From: Thermoanaerobaculia bacterium
GTDB taxonomy: Bacteria > Acidobacteriota > Thermoanaerobaculia > Multivoradales > Multivoraceae
Assembly (NCBI GenBank): GCA_963664405.1
Contig: OY761158.1
Coordinates: forward strand, 4,512,001 to 4,576,000
DNA length: 64,000 nt
Direction of reading: 5' to 3'
How positions within the stretch are numbered: the stretch's first letter is position 1; each line of letters begins with the position of its first letter. The notes under the pieces are model-generated. The model made no database searches. It had not been told where the DNA came from and saw only the letters and a program-made list of their open reading frames with translations. Positions 46,380 to 55,412 of this stretch are shown here, piece by piece. The position numbers and the translations under genes are program-made.

Positions 46380-48473
46380 CTAAGAAGCTGCTGCTTCTTT
46401 GGCGCGCTGCTCTTCTGCGACGATCTTCTCCTGCACCATCCGCGGAACTTCTTCGTAGCTCGAGTGAGCCATGGTGAAGCTCGAGCGACCCTGGGTCATC
46501 GAGGTCAGGGCTTGGGAGTAGTCGAGCATCTCGGCTAGAGGCACCAGGGCTCGCACGATCTGCGTACCCTCGCCTGCGGCTTCCATCCCCTGGGGGCGTC
46601 CGCGGCGTTGGGAGAGGTCGCTCATGATGTCGCCCATGAACTCCTCGGGGGTGACGACCTCGATCTGCATCACCGGCTCGAGCAAGGTCGGTCTCGCTTG
46701 TGACATGGCGTCTTTGAAGGCCATGGAACCGGCGATCTTGAAAGCCATCTCTGAGGAGTCTACGTCGTGGTACTGCCCATCGATCAGGCGGACTTTGAAG
46801 TCGACGACCGGATGAGATGTGCTGTAGCCACCCGACGCGGCCTCCTGGATCCCCTTGTCGACCGCTGGGCGATAGTTCTGGGGGATCGAGCCACCGAAGA
46901 TCTCGTCGCGGAACTCGAAGCCGGAGTCGCGAGGGACCGGCTCTACGATGATCTTGCAATCGGCGAACTGGCCGCGCCCACCGGTCTGCTTCTTGTGACG
47001 ACCGTGACCCTCGGCGGAACGAGTGATGGTCTCGCGATAGGGAACCTTGGGCGGATGGAGGATGACCTCCACCTTGAATCGGCTCTTGAGCTTCGCGACG
47101 GCGATCTCGACGTGCAGCTGGCCGCTACCTGAAACGAGATACTCGCCGGTCTGGGCATCTCGTCCGGTACCGAGCCCGATGTCTTCGTCGCGGAGACGGT
47201 GCATGGCTTCGCCGATCTTTTCGTCGTCGCCCTTGGCCTTGGGCTCAACTGCAAAGGAGATCGCTGGAGGCGGTACCTCGAACCAACCTAGGTGGACCGG
47301 GCTCTCCTTGGCGCACAGAGTGTCGCCGGTGTTCGCTGTCTTGAGCTTGGCTACCGACCCGATGTCTCCGCTGACCAGGGACGAGGTTGCCGTACCCACC
47401 TTCCCCTGCGTGGTGAGTAAAGAACCGATCCGCTCACTCTCTTCTACTCGAGTGTTCCAGAGATTGGAGTCCGAGCTCAAGGTTCCGCTGACGACTCGTA
47501 GTAGAGAGACGCGGCCGCTGAATGGGTCGTTGAGGGTCTTGAAGATGAGCGCGCTCGTCGGTGCGTCGGGAGTAGGGAGGACGTCGACTTGGGCTCCGCC
47601 AACATTGGTGGCGGGATAGTTGGCCCTGTCGGCGGGTGAGGGTGCGAGATCGACCAAGGTGTCGAGCAGCGCAGAAGTGCCGATACCGTGGAGTGCACAG
47701 CCGGCGGTGATCGGGAAGATGTCCCGGTTGGCAACCGCCTTGCGCAGTCCCCCGATCAGCTCGTCGACGCTCAAAGTGCCCTCTTCGAAGAACTTCTCCA
47801 TCAGGGCTTCGTCGCTCTCCGCGACCGCTTCGATAAGGGCGGTACGCCACTCTTCCACGGTCTCTGCCAGATCTTCCGGAATGTCGGATTCAGTCGCCGT
47901 TCCGTTACCATCCTTGGCGAACAGCAGAGCCTTGTTGCGGACCAGGTCGACCACTCCTTCGAAGCCGTGCTCCTTGCCGATCGCTACCTGGACCGGTAGC
48001 GCGCCGCGACCGAATCTCTTCACCAGGGCCTCTGCCACCACGGTCATATCCGCTCTCTCTCGATCCATCTTGGTGAGATGGAAGACGACCGGCAGCCCCG
48101 CTTGCGCCGCCATCTGCCACACCCTCTCGGTGGTGACCTCGATTCCGGAGGCGGCGTTGATGCAGACAATGGCAGCGTCGGCCGCCTGCAGACCGCTCTG
48201 GATCTCGGTCATGAAGATGGCGTATCCGGGGCAGTCCAAGAGGTTGATCTTGGTCTGCCTCCAGGGCGCGAAGGCGATCGAGAGATTGATCGAGATCTTG
48301 CGCTCGATCTCCTGCAGGTCGAAGTCTGTGGTGGCGTGTCCGTCGTCGACAGTGTTGAGTCTGTTGGTGACTCCTGCGGAGTAGAGAAGCGCACTGACCA
48401 GAGTCGTCTTGCCAGTATCGTTGTGTCCGACGATCGCGAGATTACGGATCTGTTCCGGGCCCGAGACCTGCAT
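46380..48473 (-). CDS. Elongation factor G paralogue (EF-G II type)
   Basis: Full EF-G domain layout with divergent motifs GHNDTGKT, RKISI, DCPGY, TKMD; HKKQTGGRGQF, VDSSEMAFKIAG. Confidence 0.92.
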   Translation of the reverse strand: MQVSGPEQIRNLAIVGHNDTGKTTLVSALLYSAGVTNRLNTVDDGHATTDFDLQEIERKISINLSIAFAPWRQTKINLLDCPGYAIFMTEIQSGLQAADAAIVCINAASGIEVTTERVWQMAAQAGLPVVFHLTKMDRERADMTVVAEALVKRFGRGALPVQVAIGKEHGFEGVVDLVRNKALLFAKDGNGTATESDIPEDLAETVEEWRTALIEAVAESDEALMEKFFEEGTLSVDELIGGLRKAVANRDIFPITAGCALHGIGTSALLDTLVDLAPSPADRANYPATNVGGAQVDVLPTPDAPTSALIFKTLNDPFSGRVSLLRVVSGTLSSDSNLWNTRVEESERIGSLLTTQGKVGTATSSLVSGDIGSVAKLKTANTGDTLCAKESPVHLGWFEVPPPAISFAVEPKAKGDDEKIGEAMHRLRDEDIGLGTGRDAQTGEYLVSGSGQLHVEIAVAKLKSRFKVEVILHPPKVPYRETITRSAEGHGRHKKQTGGRGQFADCKIIVEPVPRDSGFEFRDEIFGGSIPQNYRPAVDKGIQEAASGGYSTSHPVVDFKVRLIDGQYHDVDSSEMAFKIAGSMAFKDAMSQARPTLLEPVMQIEVVTPEEFMGDIMSDLSQRRGRPQGMEAAGEGTQIVRALVPLAEMLDYSQALTSMTQGRSSFTMAHSSYEEVPRMVQEKIVAEEQRAKEAAAS

Positions 48474-48567
48474 CTTTCTCTCTTCCTCCGTGCCGATAAT
48501 GAGTTGGTCACTATAGCACGGAGATCTCGCCCCTTGGCGTCCCACGGGGGGCCGCGAGCGTTCCGCG

Positions 48568-49929
48568 TCAAGCTGCCGGAGCGACCGGCTCGAGTACCTC
48601 TACTTCGCCGAAGTGCTGAAACTGTGGAGCGAGCTCGGTGGCTGGCCCGACGGCCACGATTGCGGTCGAATCGGGGTCGATGTGAGATCTGGCAACGCTC
48701 AGCAGGCGACCTTCGTCTACTGTCGAGATCTCCTCGAGACGGCGGTCGAAGTAGTCGTCCGGCAAGTCGTAGACAGCGAGCTCCTGAAGGCGTCTGAGGA
48801 TCCCTCCGTTGGTCTGGAGACCGTAGGGAAAGACTCCTTGCAGAAAGCTTCTCGTTTCCAACAGCTCCTCCTCGCTTACCGCTTCTTCTCGAAGCCGGGA
48901 CAGTTCGTGGAGAATCTCGCCGCTGGCCGCACCCGCGACGTCGTTGGCCACCGCCGTCCACACCAGGAAGGGCGCGGGACCGATGCGCTCGATAAAGGCG
49001 CTGTGTGCCCCGTAGGTGTAGCCGTTGCGCTCCCTCAAGTTGAGATTGATGCGGCTGGTGAACTTGCCGCCGAGGAGGGAGTTGAGAACCGAGAGCGCCG
49101 TGCGGTCCCGGTGGGAGCGACGTGGCCCGACGTGCCCGATGCGGATCTCGGTCTGCTGAGCATCGGGGCGATCGACGATCTTCACCTGTCGTCGTGAGGG
49201 TGGCGAGTCGAAGAGCGGCGCTTCCGTCCGAGGACCCTCTGCCAACTCGCCAAGCCTTCGCACTGCGACATCGAGCACTCGCGCCGGCTCGACGTCGCCC
49301 GCGACCAATAGGAAGGCGCCGTGAGCTTGGCTGTGCGCGCGCCAGAACGTCGAGATCTCATCCGCGCCTATGGTCTGGAGGGAGCGTTGGTCGCCCAAGA
49401 GGGTGTGTCCGTAGACGCCCTCACCGTAAAGAGTCGAGGCGAAGACCTCTTCGGCGATAGCGGTGGGCTGATCGCGCCGTCGTAGCCACTCCGCCAGTCT
49501 TTCTCTTCGCGTGCGCTCGATCTCTTCAGCCTGGAACGCAGGGTTGGTTGCCACGTCGGCCAACAGCTCGAAGGCCGTCTCCAGATGGGGAGTGAGAACG
49601 GTCGAGGCTATGGATGCAGTCGCCCATCCCGCGCCGGTTGAAAGAGTGCCGCCGACCGACTCGATGCGATCGGCAATCTCTTTCGAAGAGAGGCTCGTCG
49701 TGCCTTCTTCGAGGAGAGACGCCGCGAACGCAGCAAGACCGGGATGCGGGGCAGGATCGAAATGAGCGCCGGCGGGGAGCACGAGCTGGAGGCTCACCAG
49801 GGGGGCGTTCTCACGTCTCAGTGCGTAGACCTCGAGGCCGGTCGCCAGCTTCTGGTGAGTGAATTCCGGAAAGTGGAAGGGCTCGCCCGCATTCGACTCC
49901 GGTGGGTGTGCCCGATCCAGCGCTTTCAT
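48568..49929 (-). CDS. M16 peptidase family protein, non-catalytic subunit
   Basis: PGLAAFAASLLEEGT (no HxxEH), LGGKFTSRINLNLRERNGYTYG. Confidence 0.9.
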   Translation of the reverse strand: MKALDRAHPPESNAGEPFHFPEFTHQKLATGLEVYALRRENAPLVSLQLVLPAGAHFDPAPHPGLAAFAASLLEEGTTSLSSKEIADRIESVGGTLSTGAGWATASIASTVLTPHLETAFELLADVATNPAFQAEEIERTRRERLAEWLRRRDQPTAIAEEVFASTLYGEGVYGHTLLGDQRSLQTIGADEISTFWRAHSQAHGAFLLVAGDVEPARVLDVAVRRLGELAEGPRTEAPLFDSPPSRRQVKIVDRPDAQQTEIRIGHVGPRRSHRDRTALSVLNSLLGGKFTSRINLNLRERNGYTYGAHSAFIERIGPAPFLVWTAVANDVAGAASGEILHELSRLREEAVSEEELLETRSFLQGVFPYGLQTNGGILRRLQELAVYDLPDDYFDRRLEEISTVDEGRLLSVARSHIDPDSTAIVAVGPATELAPQFQHFGEVEVLEPVAPAA

Positions 49930-51209
49930 GCCCCTGACTCGGCGGGGAGGACGTGAATTCGTGCTCGATTGTCACAACGAAGGTAGCGTGCGGCCACGGA
50001 GCTCAGCTCCTTGGCCTCGATCTGTTGATAAAGGGCCGCCTCCCGGCCTACATCCTGTGGGCGGTCGAAGAAGGTGGTGAACTGTGAGAGAAGATCAGCC
50101 CTGCGGTCCAGAGTCTGGAGCTCGCTGAAGTAGCCGGCGAGGATCCGGTTGCGTGCGCGCTCCAACTCTTCTTCGTCGATGCCGGCGGCGGCGACCGCGG
50201 CAAGGTGGTCGTCAAGCGCTGTCTGGAGATCTCCGATCGGCGTCCCCGGACGGCAGGTCGCGACCACTTGGAAGGAGCCGCATTCTTCGGTGGGCAGGGC
50301 GTAGCATCCGACGGACTGGGCTAGCTCGCGCTCGTAGACCAGGTCGCGGTAGAAACGACTCGCCTTGCCGACGGTCAGGACGTGGGCGAGAAGATCGGCC
50401 GCGTACCAGTCTCGATCGCCGTACGCTGGCAGTCGATAAGCGAGATAAAGCCGAGGAAGTTGGACGTTGTCTTCGAGCTCCTCCCACCTTTCGCCGGTCG
50501 CCTCCAGCTTGGTGTTCTCTGGCGGCGGAACTTCATCGCCGGCTTGGAGGCTACCGAAGTAGCGGTCGACCAGTTCGAGCGCCGCCTCGGTCTCGAAGTC
50601 GCCGGCGAGGGTGAGAACTGCGTTGTTGGGTACGTAGTAGGTAGAGAAGAAATGCTGGACGTCCACTAGAGTAGCGGCAGCGATGTCTTCCATGTAGCCG
50701 ATCACCGGCCATCGATAGGGGTGACCCTCGGGGTAGAGGAGCTCGCTGAGGCGCTCGGAGGCCTTGCCGTAGGGCTGATTGTCGACCCTCTGTCTGCGCT
50801 CGTTCATCACCACCTGGCGCTGGTTCTCGAGCTTCTCAGAAGATAGTGCGTCGAGTAGGAATCCCATTCGATCCGACTCGAGCCAGAGACCCAGCTCGAG
50901 GCTGTTCGAGGGCAATGTCTCGTAGTAGTTGGTGCGGTCGAACCAGGTGGACCCGTTGGCTACACCTCCGACGCCTTGGACATAGCGGAAGTGGTCGGTG
51001 TCCTCAACGTGAGCACTACCCTGGAACAACATGTGCTCAAAGAGATGCGCAAACCCGGTCTTGCCCGGGCGCTCGTTCTTCGAACCGGCGTGATACCAGA
51101 GATTGATGGCGACGAGAGGAAGGGAACGGTCCCGGTGCAGGACAACTCTCAGGCCGTTTCCGAGCTGATGGGCTTCGCAGGCGAGCGTGGGGGGCTGGAG
51201 GTCTCGCAT
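49926..51209 (-). CDS. M16 zinc peptidase, catalytic subunit
   Basis: GFAHLFEHMLFQGS (HxxEH), NGST..DRTNYYE, LWLESDRM. Confidence 0.93.
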   Translation of the reverse strand: MRDLQPPTLACEAHQLGNGLRVVLHRDRSLPLVAINLWYHAGSKNERPGKTGFAHLFEHMLFQGSAHVEDTDHFRYVQGVGGVANGSTWFDRTNYYETLPSNSLELGLWLESDRMGFLLDALSSEKLENQRQVVMNERRQRVDNQPYGKASERLSELLYPEGHPYRWPVIGYMEDIAAATLVDVQHFFSTYYVPNNAVLTLAGDFETEAALELVDRYFGSLQAGDEVPPPENTKLEATGERWEELEDNVQLPRLYLAYRLPAYGDRDWYAADLLAHVLTVGKASRFYRDLVYERELAQSVGCYALPTEECGSFQVVATCRPGTPIGDLQTALDDHLAAVAAAGIDEEELERARNRILAGYFSELQTLDRRADLLSQFTTFFDRPQDVGREAALYQQIEAKELSSVAARYLRCDNRARIHVLPAESGA

Positions 51210-51302
51210 GGCGGAGAGCGCGCGAAGTCTAGCAGAAGGAGAGCCGGGCGAAGGGCCGGCGAGCGCTTGACTTGCGCCTTGTTTACGCTGATACTCGGGG
51301 GC

Positions 51303-51929
51303 ATGAAACAGCCTAGGAACTACCTGACGCCGCGCCAGAAAGAGGTCCTCGAGTTCATCCAGGCTTTCCAGGAGGAGAACGGCTTCTCGCCCACCCATCG
51401 CGAGATCTGTGAGCGCTTCGGCTACTCCTCGTACGGCACGGTGCACAAGCATCTGAAGCTACTCGAGGCGAAGGGCTTTCTCCGCCGAGACTGGAATCAG
51501 AAACGAGGAGTAGAGCTGACGCCCCGCCCGGACTCCCGGCCTCCCTCCCTTACTGAGCTGCCCTTTCTGGGTCGAATCGCCGCAGGCAAGCCGATAGAGG
51601 CGGTACAAGATCAAGAGACCCTCGTCGTCCCGCCGTCTCTGGTTCGAGGAGGCGACGGTGAGCACTTCGTTCTCAGGGTAGTAGGCGAGTCCATGATCGA
51701 GGAGGGAGTTCATGACGGCGACCTCGTTGTCGTTCAGAAGCGCGACACGGCCGACTCCGGCGACATGGTAGTTGCGCTGATAGACGAAGATGCAACGCTC
51801 AAGCGCTTTTACTCCGAGGGCGAAACGGTCCGCTTGCAACCGGCGAACCGGCACATGGAGCCGATCCTGGTCGCTGCCGACAAGGTTCGAATCCAGGGCG
51901 TGGCTGTGGGCCTGATGCGACGCTTCTGA
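51303..51929 (+). CDS. lexA: SOS repressor LexA
   Basis: LTPRQKEVL...PTHREI HTH, IAAG cleavage site, GESM (Ser), TLKRF (Lys). Confidence 0.96.
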   Translation: MKQPRNYLTPRQKEVLEFIQAFQEENGFSPTHREICERFGYSSYGTVHKHLKLLEAKGFLRRDWNQKRGVELTPRPDSRPPSLTELPFLGRIAAGKPIEAVQDQETLVVPPSLVRGGDGEHFVLRVVGESMIEEGVHDGDLVVVQKRDTADSGDMVVALIDEDATLKRFYSEGETVRLQPANRHMEPILVAADKVRIQGVAVGLMRRF

Positions 51930-52051
51930 GTGAAGAAACCGGGTTCGGCTCGGCGGTCTTGGAAATTCCTTCGTGTTATTGCTATTATTTGATGTCCGCG
52001 ATCTAGTCTTACGCCGAGTCGGCGCGTTTTGACTCTCGGAGAGGACAACGA

Positions 52052-53488
52052 ATGTCAGTAGCATCGATGGAACCTAGCAGTCAGCCACGGGATATCGACA
52101 CTCTGCTACGGCAGATGACCGAGATGGGGGCGTCTGATCTGCATTTGCGGCCGGCGCGCCGACCTTTGGTACGGCTCCACGGGCGTCTGCAACCGCTTGA
52201 CGGAGATCCGCTCAGGCCTGCCGACATCGGCTCCATGATGGACACCATCATGCAGCCTCATCACAAGGCCAAATTCGAGAAGAACCTCTCGGTCGACCTC
52301 GGCTACGGAATCCCTGGCTTAGCTCGGTTTCGCTGCAATGTCTTCCTCCAGCGAGGGACTCTGGCCGCCGCCTTCCGGATGATCCCGGACCAGATCAAGA
52401 ACGTCCAGGAGTTGGAGCTCCCCGAGTCGTTGATCGATTTCTGCCGACTTCCGATGGGCCTGGTGCTGATCACCGGTCCAACAGGAAGCGGAAAGTCCAC
52501 GACTCTGGCGGCGATGGTCCAGTACATCGCCGACAACTCCCCTATTCATATCGTCAGCATCGAAGATCCTATCGAGTTTCTTCTCCATGACGAGGTGGGC
52601 ACGGTCTCGCAGAGAGAGGTTGGTACCGATACTCCCGGCTTCTTCGAGGCATTGAAGAACTCGTTGCGGCAGGACCCTGATGTGATCATGATCGGAGAGA
52701 TGCGCGACCCCGAGACGGTGGCGACGGTCATCAGTGCGGCGGAGACCGGTCATCTGGTGTTCTCGACCTTGCATACCAACAACACCTCTCAGACCATCGA
52801 TCGCATCATGGACAACTTTCCTCCGGCCCAGCAACTGCAGGTGCGATTCCAGCTCTCTCAGGTTCTCAAGGGGGTCGTTTCGATGCAGCTGGTGCGGAGA
52901 CAGGATGGCTCAGGCCGCATCGGCGCCCTGGAGATCCTTCGCAACTCTCCGGACATCGAGAAGATGATCGCAACTGGAGCAACAGCTGAGGTCCTGGAAC
53001 GGATCGAGAGCTCGGTTGCGGGCTTCAAGATGCAATCGATGAACCAGTCTCTGCTTGCGTTGTTGGTCCACGGAACGATTTCTTACGATGAGGCAATGCG
53101 GCGTTCGACCGAACCCGGCGATCTAGACCTCAAGCTGCGTACCTTGTTCCCGAAATTGGTCGAGCAGGAGGACGATATGAGTAGTAGTGCCGATTTTTTC
53201 CAGATCTTCGAGCTCCTGCAGTTCCGCAAACTCTACGAAGAGCAAGACGAGCAGGGCCAGATTCAGCTCTCCGAGAAGGACGAGGTCATCGGCGATCTCC
53301 GTCAGCGCTTGGAGCATCAGGGCTCCGAGCTGGAACGGCTACGTGGTGTCCTTGGTGAATCCGAAGAGCGCTTCGAGAAGCTCGACACAGAGCAAGAGCG
53401 AATGGCGAACGAAGCCAAGGCGCGCATCGACAAGCTTCAGGAGCGCATTCGCGAGCTCAATCAGCAGGTCTCCGCTCAAAAAGCCTAG
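52052..53488 (+). CDS. PilT/PilU-family ATPase with C-terminal coiled-coil extension
   Basis: ASDLHL, GPTGSGKSTT, SIEDPIE, LRQDPDVIMIGEMRD, AAETGHLVFSTLHT; about 100 aa heptad-rich tail. Confidence 0.92.
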   Translation: MSVASMEPSSQPRDIDTLLRQMTEMGASDLHLRPARRPLVRLHGRLQPLDGDPLRPADIGSMMDTIMQPHHKAKFEKNLSVDLGYGIPGLARFRCNVFLQRGTLAAAFRMIPDQIKNVQELELPESLIDFCRLPMGLVLITGPTGSGKSTTLAAMVQYIADNSPIHIVSIEDPIEFLLHDEVGTVSQREVGTDTPGFFEALKNSLRQDPDVIMIGEMRDPETVATVISAAETGHLVFSTLHTNNTSQTIDRIMDNFPPAQQLQVRFQLSQVLKGVVSMQLVRRQDGSGRIGALEILRNSPDIEKMIATGATAEVLERIESSVAGFKMQSMNQSLLALLVHGTISYDEAMRRSTEPGDLDLKLRTLFPKLVEQEDDMSSSADFFQIFELLQFRKLYEEQDEQGQIQLSEKDEVIGDLRQRLEHQGSELERLRGVLGESEERFEKLDTEQERMANEAKARIDKLQERIRELNQQVSAQKA

Positions 53489-53498
53489 CTGGCTCGAG

Positions 53499-53617
53499 CC
53501 TCGGCGCCATGTTCCGCAGGTGAAGGAAATGATAGCCATCATTTTCCCCGATGCGCCGTCCTCGGCGCCATGTTCCGCAGGTGAAGGAAATGATAGCCAT
53601 CATTTTCTTCACCTGCG
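53499..53617. repeat. Composite palindromic repeat, copy B (tandem, 61-bp period)
   Basis: 48-bp direct repeat (53499-53546, 53560-53607); gcgccg-tcct-cggcgc (53553-53568); 19-bp hairpin 53576-53617. Confidence 0.8.
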
Positions 53618-53635
53618 CTACAATCTCTCTCCTAG

Positions 53636-53923
53636 ATGGCCCTAAGTGTCGATGAAGTAAGGAGAATTGCGCATCTGGCGCGCCTCCGCCTCTCCGCCGA
53701 GGAGGAAGAGGTCTTTGTTCCTCAGCTGGCTCAGATCATCGATTACTTCGACCAGCTGAAGGAGTACGGCTCGGAAGCGGAGATTCCAGAGGAGGCTCTT
53801 TGTCTCGAGGCCGAAGACTCGCCGGGCGAGTCTATGGATAGAGGGGCCTTCCTCTCCAACGCGCCCGATGCAATGGACACCTTCGTGCTCGTGCCACAAG
53901 TCAAGGTCACTGGAGATGAGTGA
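53636..53923 (+). CDS. gatC: Asp/Glu-tRNA amidotransferase subunit C
   Basis: EVRRIAHLARL, FLSNAP, FVLVPQV; directly upstream of gatA. Confidence 0.93.
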   Translation: MALSVDEVRRIAHLARLRLSAEEEEVFVPQLAQIIDYFDQLKEYGSEAEIPEEALCLEAEDSPGESMDRGAFLSNAPDAMDTFVLVPQVKVTGDE

Positions 53924-55412
53924 ACTTTGGAGTTGGTCGGCCGAGGAGCTGGCAAACGCAGTACGCGGGCGGGAGCTCTCGGCTGCTGAAGTCGTCGGCG
54001 CCGCGATCGAGCGAACCCAACAGGTGGAACCTCTCCTCGGCGCGTATCTCGACCGCTTCGAAGATGAGGCACTCGAGCGGGCTGCGGACATAGATCGCCG
54101 ATGCGCAGCGGGTGAGGACCCTGGGGTTCTAGCTGGGGTGCCGGTTGCGCTGAAAGACAACCTCAATCTCGAGGGCAAGCCCACGACCTGCGGCTCGAAG
54201 ATTCTCGAGGGCTATGTCTCTCTCTACACCGCGACTGCTGTCGAGAGATTGCTCGATGCCGGTGCGGTGATTCTCGGGAAGACCAACCTCGACGAGTTCG
54301 CCATGGGCTCCTCGTGTGAGAACTCCGCATTCCATCCGACCCTGAATCCCTGGAACCGGGAAACGGTCCCTGGAGGCTCGAGCGGCGGCTCGGCCGCAGC
54401 AGTGGCCGGCGGAAGCGTGCCGTTGGCACTTGGCTCCGACACCGGAGGGTCGATTCGTCAGCCCGCCGCTTTTTGCGGAGTAGTAGGCCTCAAGCCCACT
54501 TACGGCCGTGTTTCTCGTTACGGCCTGGTGGCCTTCGCATCTTCGCTGGATCAGATTGGCCCCGTCAGCCGGAGCACTCGCGATGCGGCACTCTCTCTGT
54601 CGGTTATCGCCGGAGCGGATCCGCGCGATGCGACGAGCTCTGCGGAGCCGGTCGGGGACTACCTCGCCACCCTCGAGAACGGTGTAGAGGGGCTGCGGGC
54701 CGGAATTGTAGAAGAAGTAGACACTTCCTCATTGGAGCCAGGGGTCAAGGAAAACTGGGAACAGTCGCTGCGAACATTGCAGGCCTGTGGCGTAGAGATC
54801 GAGAGAATCTCGCTGCCCCATCTGCCAGCAACGATCGCGGTGTACTACGTCATTGCCAACAGCGAGGCGAGTGCCAATCTCGCTCGCTTCGACGGCGTTC
54901 GCTACGGTCACCGAAGCGAGCAGGCGGGTGGTCTCATGGATCTCTACCTCGAGAGCCGCGAAGAGGGCTTCGGCGCTGAGGTGAAGAGGCGCATTCTTCT
55001 AGGTACCTTCGCGTTGTCGTCGGGCTACTACGACGCCTACTACGGCCGGGCCCGGAGCGTGCGTACAGCTTTGCGACGACAGTTTCAGCAGGCGCTGACC
55101 GAGGTCGATGTGATTCTCACACCAACCTGCCCGAGTGGGGCCTTCGGTATCGGTGAGAAGATCGACGATCCGCTCTCGATGTACTTGTCGGACATCTACA
55201 CAGCTCCGATAAACCTGGCGGGTCTTCCGGCTGTGGCGGTCCCTTCGGGCTTGGACTCGAAGGGTATGCCTCTGTCGTTGCAGATCGTCGGTCGTCCTTT
55301 TGAAGAGGCGACAGTCCTTCGTGTCGCTCGCGCTTTCGAGCGTGAGAACGCAACGAGCTTCTGCCCGCCATTGGGAACAGTGGAAGGCCGCGGTGCGGCG
55401 GAGGCCGGGTGA
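53916..55412 (+). CDS. gatA: Asp/Glu-tRNA amidotransferase subunit A
   Basis: GKTNLDEFAMGSS, PGGSSGGSAAAV, GSDTGGSIRQPA, NLARFDGVRYG, EVKRRILLGT. Confidence 0.97.
   Translation: MSELWSWSAEELANAVRGRELSAAEVVGAAIERTQQVEPLLGAYLDRFEDEALERAADIDRRCAAGEDPGVLAGVPVALKDNLNLEGKPTTCGSKILEGYVSLYTATAVERLLDAGAVILGKTNLDEFAMGSSCENSAFHPTLNPWNRETVPGGSSGGSAAAVAGGSVPLALGSDTGGSIRQPAAFCGVVGLKPTYGRVSRYGLVAFASSLDQIGPVSRSTRDAALSLSVIAGADPRDATSSAEPVGDYLATLENGVEGLRAGIVEEVDTSSLEPGVKENWEQSLRTLQACGVEIERISLPHLPATIAVYYVIANSEASANLARFDGVRYGHRSEQAGGLMDLYLESREEGFGAEVKRRILLGTFALSSGYYDAYYGRARSVRTALRRQFQQALTEVDVILTPTCPSGAFGIGEKIDDPLSMYLSDIYTAPINLAGLPAVAVPSGLDSKGMPLSLQIVGRPFEEATVLRVARAFERENATSFCPPLGTVEGRGAAEAG

Noticed and set aside
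50976-51452. Extended starts for lexA (50976) and the M16 peptidase (51452)
   Set aside because: They overlap head to head; homology begins at 51303 and 51209.
53499-53617. Direct repeats as a CRISPR array
   Set aside because: Only two units, a 13-nt linker, no unique spacers and no cas genes; better explained as a palindromic repeat family.
53636-55412. gatCA without gatB as an anomaly
   Set aside because: gatB is unlinked in many bacteria; uninformative without the rest of the genome.
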